64,000 nt of DNA, taken from NCBI GenBank assembly GCA_965205675.1, contig OZ242186.1, positions 1,920,001-1,984,000 of the forward strand, given 5' to 3'. The translations under genes and the position numbers were made by a program. Under the pieces are notes generated by a model that was not told where the DNA came from, did no database searches, and saw only the letters and a list, made by a program, of their open reading frames with translations. Below are positions 60,661 to 64,000 of the stretch, piece after piece. Within the stretch, counting starts at the first letter, position 1; each line of letters starts with the position of its first letter. The DNA comes from Nitrosopumilus sp. (lineage in GTDB: Archaea > Thermoproteota > Nitrososphaeria > Nitrososphaerales > Nitrosopumilaceae).

Positions 60661-61431
60661 CTATTTTTTGTTTTTCTTTACTTTTCTATAGCCGTGACTA
60701 AAGTTTTTATCATATAGTTTAGAATATTCATAAGTTTCTGGATTAATTACATTACTGATTATCACTATAGCTGTTCTAGTAATTTTTTCATCTTTGATTT
60801 TTTGTGTAATAGTATCTAAGGTTCCTTTGATAATTTTTTGATCTTTCCAACTTGCTCTATAGACTACAGCAACTGGTGTTGATTTTTTGTATCCTCCTGC
60901 AATTGCTTCTTTAGTTAATTTAGAAAGTAGATGAATGCTAAGATAAAAGATCAGAGTAGCTTTGTGTTTTGAGAGTTCAGATATTTTTTCATGTTTGGGT
61001 ACTTTAGTTCTTGATTCTACCCTTGTTACAATGATTGTTTGTGTAACTCCAGGAAGTGTTAGTTGAGTTCCAAGTGCAGCAGCTGAGGCTAAAAATGCAG
61101 TAACTCCAGGTACAACTATGGATTTTATCCCTTTATTCTCAAGATTATCAATCTGTTCTTTGATTGCACCATAAATTGAAGGATCTCCATCATGTAAACG
61201 CACAACAAGTTTGTCTTTTTTAGCATTTTTGTACAATAAATGAAAGATTTCTTCTCTGACTAGCTTTGCAGCGTTATGTAGTTTGCCTTTTTTACATAGT
61301 TTTAAAATTGGTTCAGGTATCAAAGAACCTGAGTATACAACGACATCTGCCTTTTGAATTAATTTTTTAGCTTTGATAGTGATTAAATCAGGATCGCCTG
61401 GCCCACATCCAACAAAAAATACATCAGACAC
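60661..61431 (-). CDS. cobM: Precorrin-4 C11-methyltransferase
   Basis: FVGCGPGDPDLIT, YSGSLI, RLHDGDPSIYGA, LTLPGVTQTII, YRASW, SKLYD..FSHGYR. Confidence 0.94.
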   Translation of the reverse strand: MSDVFFVGCGPGDPDLITIKAKKLIQKADVVVYSGSLIPEPILKLCKKGKLHNAAKLVREEIFHLLYKNAKKDKLVVRLHDGDPSIYGAIKEQIDNLENKGIKSIVVPGVTAFLASAAALGTQLTLPGVTQTIIVTRVESRTKVPKHEKISELSKHKATLIFYLSIHLLSKLTKEAIAGGYKKSTPVAVVYRASWKDQKIIKGTLDTITQKIKDEKITRTAIVIISNVINPETYEYSKLYDKNFSHGYRKVKKNKK

Positions 61432-62146
61432 GTTTTACCACCAAAATTGAAAAATACTTTGTTGTCAATGATGAATCATTTACTTCACCCAAAGTCATTT
61501 TTCTAATAATTTCATTTTCTGTTCCAAGATCTTGTCCAATAGCAAAAATAGAATTATCTGGAAATCCAGATTCTTTTAACACATCAATTACCTTATCAAA
61601 ATATCTTCCATCTTTTAGAAATATCATTGATTCAGAATTTTTTGCAATCTCTTTTACACTTGATAAGTCATAACAAGATGGAATGATTGCAACCTTTTCT
61701 GCACCCTCAGCTATGCTTACACCAACTTTGGATGCAAATGTAAACATGGATACAATTCCAGGAATTACACTAATGTTCATGTCTGGATAATTTTCTTTAA
61801 GATCTTTGTGCATGTAAATCCAAGTACTATACAAGAAAGGATCACCAACTGTGAGATAAACAACATTCTTTCCAGTCAAAACAGTTTCAGCCATTATTCT
61901 TGCATTCTTTTTCCATGTAGCTTCTAAAACATCTTTGTCTTTAGTCATTGGAAAAATTAATTTTACAATTTTTTGGCTTTTGGATTTATCAATAATTGGC
62001 GAAACGACTCCAAATGCAATACTTGGCCTTTCTTCATTTGAAGCAGGACACATTATAATATCGGCATTCTGAATTGCATTAACTGCCTTGACAGTAAGTA
62101 AATCAACATCTCCAGGACCTACTCCTACTCCTATTAATCCAGGCAT
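61424..62146 (-). CDS. cobI: Precorrin-2 C20-methyltransferase
   Basis: GVGVGPGD..LLTVKAV, FPMTKD, LTVGDPFLYST, IPGI, YFSIL. Confidence 0.93.
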   Translation of the reverse strand: MPGLIGVGVGPGDVDLLTVKAVNAIQNADIIMCPASNEERPSIAFGVVSPIIDKSKSQKIVKLIFPMTKDKDVLEATWKKNARIMAETVLTGKNVVYLTVGDPFLYSTWIYMHKDLKENYPDMNISVIPGIVSMFTFASKVGVSIAEGAEKVAIIPSCYDLSSVKEIAKNSESMIFLKDGRYFDKVIDVLKESGFPDNSIFAIGQDLGTENEIIRKMTLGEVNDSSLTTKYFSILVVKRV

Positions 62147-62182
62147 GAAAAGTATGATTTTCTACCTAATTAAAAATCTAGA

Positions 62183-62773
62183 TTAAACTTTAGTAGCAGA
62201 TATAATAGTTATAGGATTTCTTGCAAGCATCATAGTTCCAGTACTGGTTTTTCGGCTCTTTGATATCGTAACTTGAGTGATATCAACAGATTCAAACTGT
62301 AATTTATCTAATACTTGTAATACAGAATACAGAGTCTCAATTAGAATAATTCCAACTACAATTCGACCTCCAGATTTTAGTTTATTTTCAGAAAGCTCAA
62401 CTATCTCTTTAGTATCATCTCCAGTTCCACCAATGAATATAGTATCAGCTTCTTCAAATTTTAGAATTTTTTCTTTGGCATTACCAAAAACTATTGAAAC
62501 ATTTGATACGTTAAATTTTTTTATATTTTTTTTAGTTAATTCTATAGCATTTTCATCATAATCAACTGCCAAAACTTTACCGATAGATTCTATTTGCAGT
62601 GCAGCCTCAATAGAAATAGAACCACTGCCGCATCCAATATCATAAACAATTTGTCCTGGTTTTAATCTAGCCTTGCTAATTTGAATAACTCTAACTTCTT
62701 CTTTAGTTATAGGAACTTTTTCTGCTCTTTCAAATTCTTCATCAGGTATGCCAGGTGTTTTAAATTTCCACAT
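62183..62773 (-). CDS. cbiT: Precorrin-6B C15-methyltransferase (decarboxylating) CbiT
   Basis: PGIPDEEF, PITKEEVR, DIGCGSGSISIE, FIGG, ARNPI; ORF track starts at 62785. Confidence 0.93.
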   Translation of the reverse strand: MWKFKTPGIPDEEFERAEKVPITKEEVRVIQISKARLKPGQIVYDIGCGSGSISIEAALQIESIGKVLAVDYDENAIELTKKNIKKFNVSNVSIVFGNAKEKILKFEEADTIFIGGTGDDTKEIVELSENKLKSGGRIVVGIILIETLYSVLQVLDKLQFESVDITQVTISKSRKTSTGTMMLARNPITIISATKV

Positions 62774-62800
62774 AACTATTACCATGTTTTAATTTCTAAA

Positions 62801-63280
62801 CTAAATGTTAATTCCATTAGAAGTATTTCCTAAATGATTTAATGTATTAGTTACAATCCATGAAAATAAGTACAGAAAAACATAGCTGCCAATAGCTTGT
62901 GTAACAATTTTTTTTCTATCAGATGATGGTAATTGCATCTTCATTGCTTTTGCAACTATAACTGTTCCAAAAAATATCAGAATCATAAATCCAATTGATG
63001 CCCATCTTCTATCCTCACCTTCAATATCTTCAAAGATAAAAGTAGCTGCAGTTCCGGCAATTATAGCCAAAATAACACGCATCCAAAATAATTTATTTAA
63101 TTTTTTATCTTTTTCACTTTTCTCTGCTAGATTTACTGACGGATCATCTGAAGGTGTATCTGGTACAGACTTGGGTTTTTCAGTTTCTGGGATCTCTGTT
63201 GGAATATCTTCTACGAATTCCTTTTTAGAGTCATTAGGATCAACTGTAGGTTCAGATTTTTTCTTTTTGAATTTTGCCAA
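62801..63280 (-). CDS. Three-TM membrane protein, possibly EMC6/Rab5ip-like
   Basis: Charged low-complexity N-terminus, then LFWMRVILAIIAG, a second TM, and AIGSYVFLYLFSWIVTNTL. Confidence 0.6.
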   Translation of the reverse strand: MAKFKKKKSEPTVDPNDSKKEFVEDIPTEIPETEKPKSVPDTPSDDPSVNLAEKSEKDKKLNKLFWMRVILAIIAGTAATFIFEDIEGEDRRWASIGFMILIFFGTVIVAKAMKMQLPSSDRKKIVTQAIGSYVFLYLFSWIVTNTLNHLGNTSNGINI

Positions 63281-63383
63281 GTAAATTTCTAGCGTGTCTC
63301 AAGCAAACCATGTTTAATATCTTTGGTCAAGATTTGAGTATATCAAAGCAAGAGTATAATTTTAGACAAAAAATAGGATAGTT

Positions 63384-64000
63384 ATGGCTCTAGCAGGAAT
63401 AGAATTACGATATTTAGTTGATAAAATTACAGAGCAAGTTCAAGGATACTATATTAGTAATATTTATGGAATTACAAAAGATAGTATTCTATTCAAACTT
63501 CATCATACGGAAAAAAGCGATCTTTTCATGATGATTTCAACATCAGGTGTTTGGTTAACTGCGGTAAAAATTGATCAGATAGAACCAAACAGATTACTCA
63601 AGAGATTACGTAGTGATCTGCTTAGATTAAAATTAAAAAAAATAGAACAAATTGGTGCAGAAAGAATTGCATATTTTACTTTTGAAGGATTTGGAAAAGA
63701 ATTTGTTTTGGTAGGAGAGTTTTTTGGAGATGGCAATATTTTACTATGTGATAAAGAAAGAAAAATTCTTGCATTACAGCACTCAATTGACGTTAGACAT
63801 AGAAAGCTAAGTGTTGGTTTAAAATATACTCAACCACCAAGTAGTAGATTAGATATTTTTAATCTAAAAGGATCAGATTTTGATGAACTTAAAACGACAG
63901 ATTTAGTTGCTGCAAAATGGTTTGGTAGAACTTTGGGTTTACCAAAAAAATATGTCGAAACAGTTTTTGAGATTGCAAAAATTGATGGAAAACGAATTGG
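63384..64000 (+). CDS. NFACT/Rqc2 (RqcH-like) ribosome quality-control protein (5' part; runs off window)
   Basis: MALAGIELRYLV...YISNIY...LLKRLRSDL...IEQIGAERIAYF...LVGEFFGDGNILL...RHRKL..GLKY.QPP. Confidence 0.85.
   Translation, partial: MALAGIELRYLVDKITEQVQGYYISNIYGITKDSILFKLHHTEKSDLFMMISTSGVWLTAVKIDQIEPNRLLKRLRSDLLRLKLKKIEQIGAERIAYFTFEGFGKEFVLVGEFFGDGNILLCDKERKILALQHSIDVRHRKLSVGLKYTQPPSSRLDIFNLKGSDFDELKTTDLVAAKWFGRTLGLPKKYVETVFEIAKIDGKRI

Noticed and set aside
3713-62561. Many 60-183 aa ORFs antisense to or overlapping real genes (e.g. 15327-15878, 44259-44783, 36449-36865, 18881-19231)
   Set aside because: Shadow ORFs rich in Ser/Ile/Phe from antisense codon bias; no motifs; essentially contained within well-supported genes.

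Overview
AT-rich archaeal chromosome segment. Gene content and protein sequences point to an ammonia-oxidising Nitrosopumilus-like thaumarchaeon (Nitrosopumilaceae); this is inferred from GatDE, aIF2 alpha/gamma, Nop10, AglB, PriS/PriL, an ESCRT-III/CdvB homologue, DnaK-DnaJ-GrpE and two cobalamin gene blocks. Most of the window is core housekeeping: purine synthesis, Tat export, SRP RNA, rpl2, cdc48, chaperones, RPA, Lhr, Lsm, MetK, primase, EndoIV, GlyRS and an NFACT/Rqc2 gene. It also holds intact tRNA-Gln(TTG) and tRNA-Gly(CCC). Nearly every long intergenic gap contains a decayed gene: CBS-domain, IS1595-like transposase, NodU/CmcH carbamoyltransferase, a frameshifted IS630, and a surface/tail-like protein. 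This suggests ongoing genome erosion. The most unusual items are (i) a tRNA-Leu-like gene whose 7-nt anticodon loop is cleanly missing, (ii) an intact glutamate-racemase homologue with both catalytic Cys replaced by Ser, (iii) a catalytically degenerate nucleotide-sugar-dehydrogenase-like gene heading the grpE-dnaK-dnaJ run, and (iv) several sub-60-aa micro-proteins absent from the ORF track. I found no CRISPR array and no clearly new multi-gene system. All assignments come from motif recognition by eye, without database searches.
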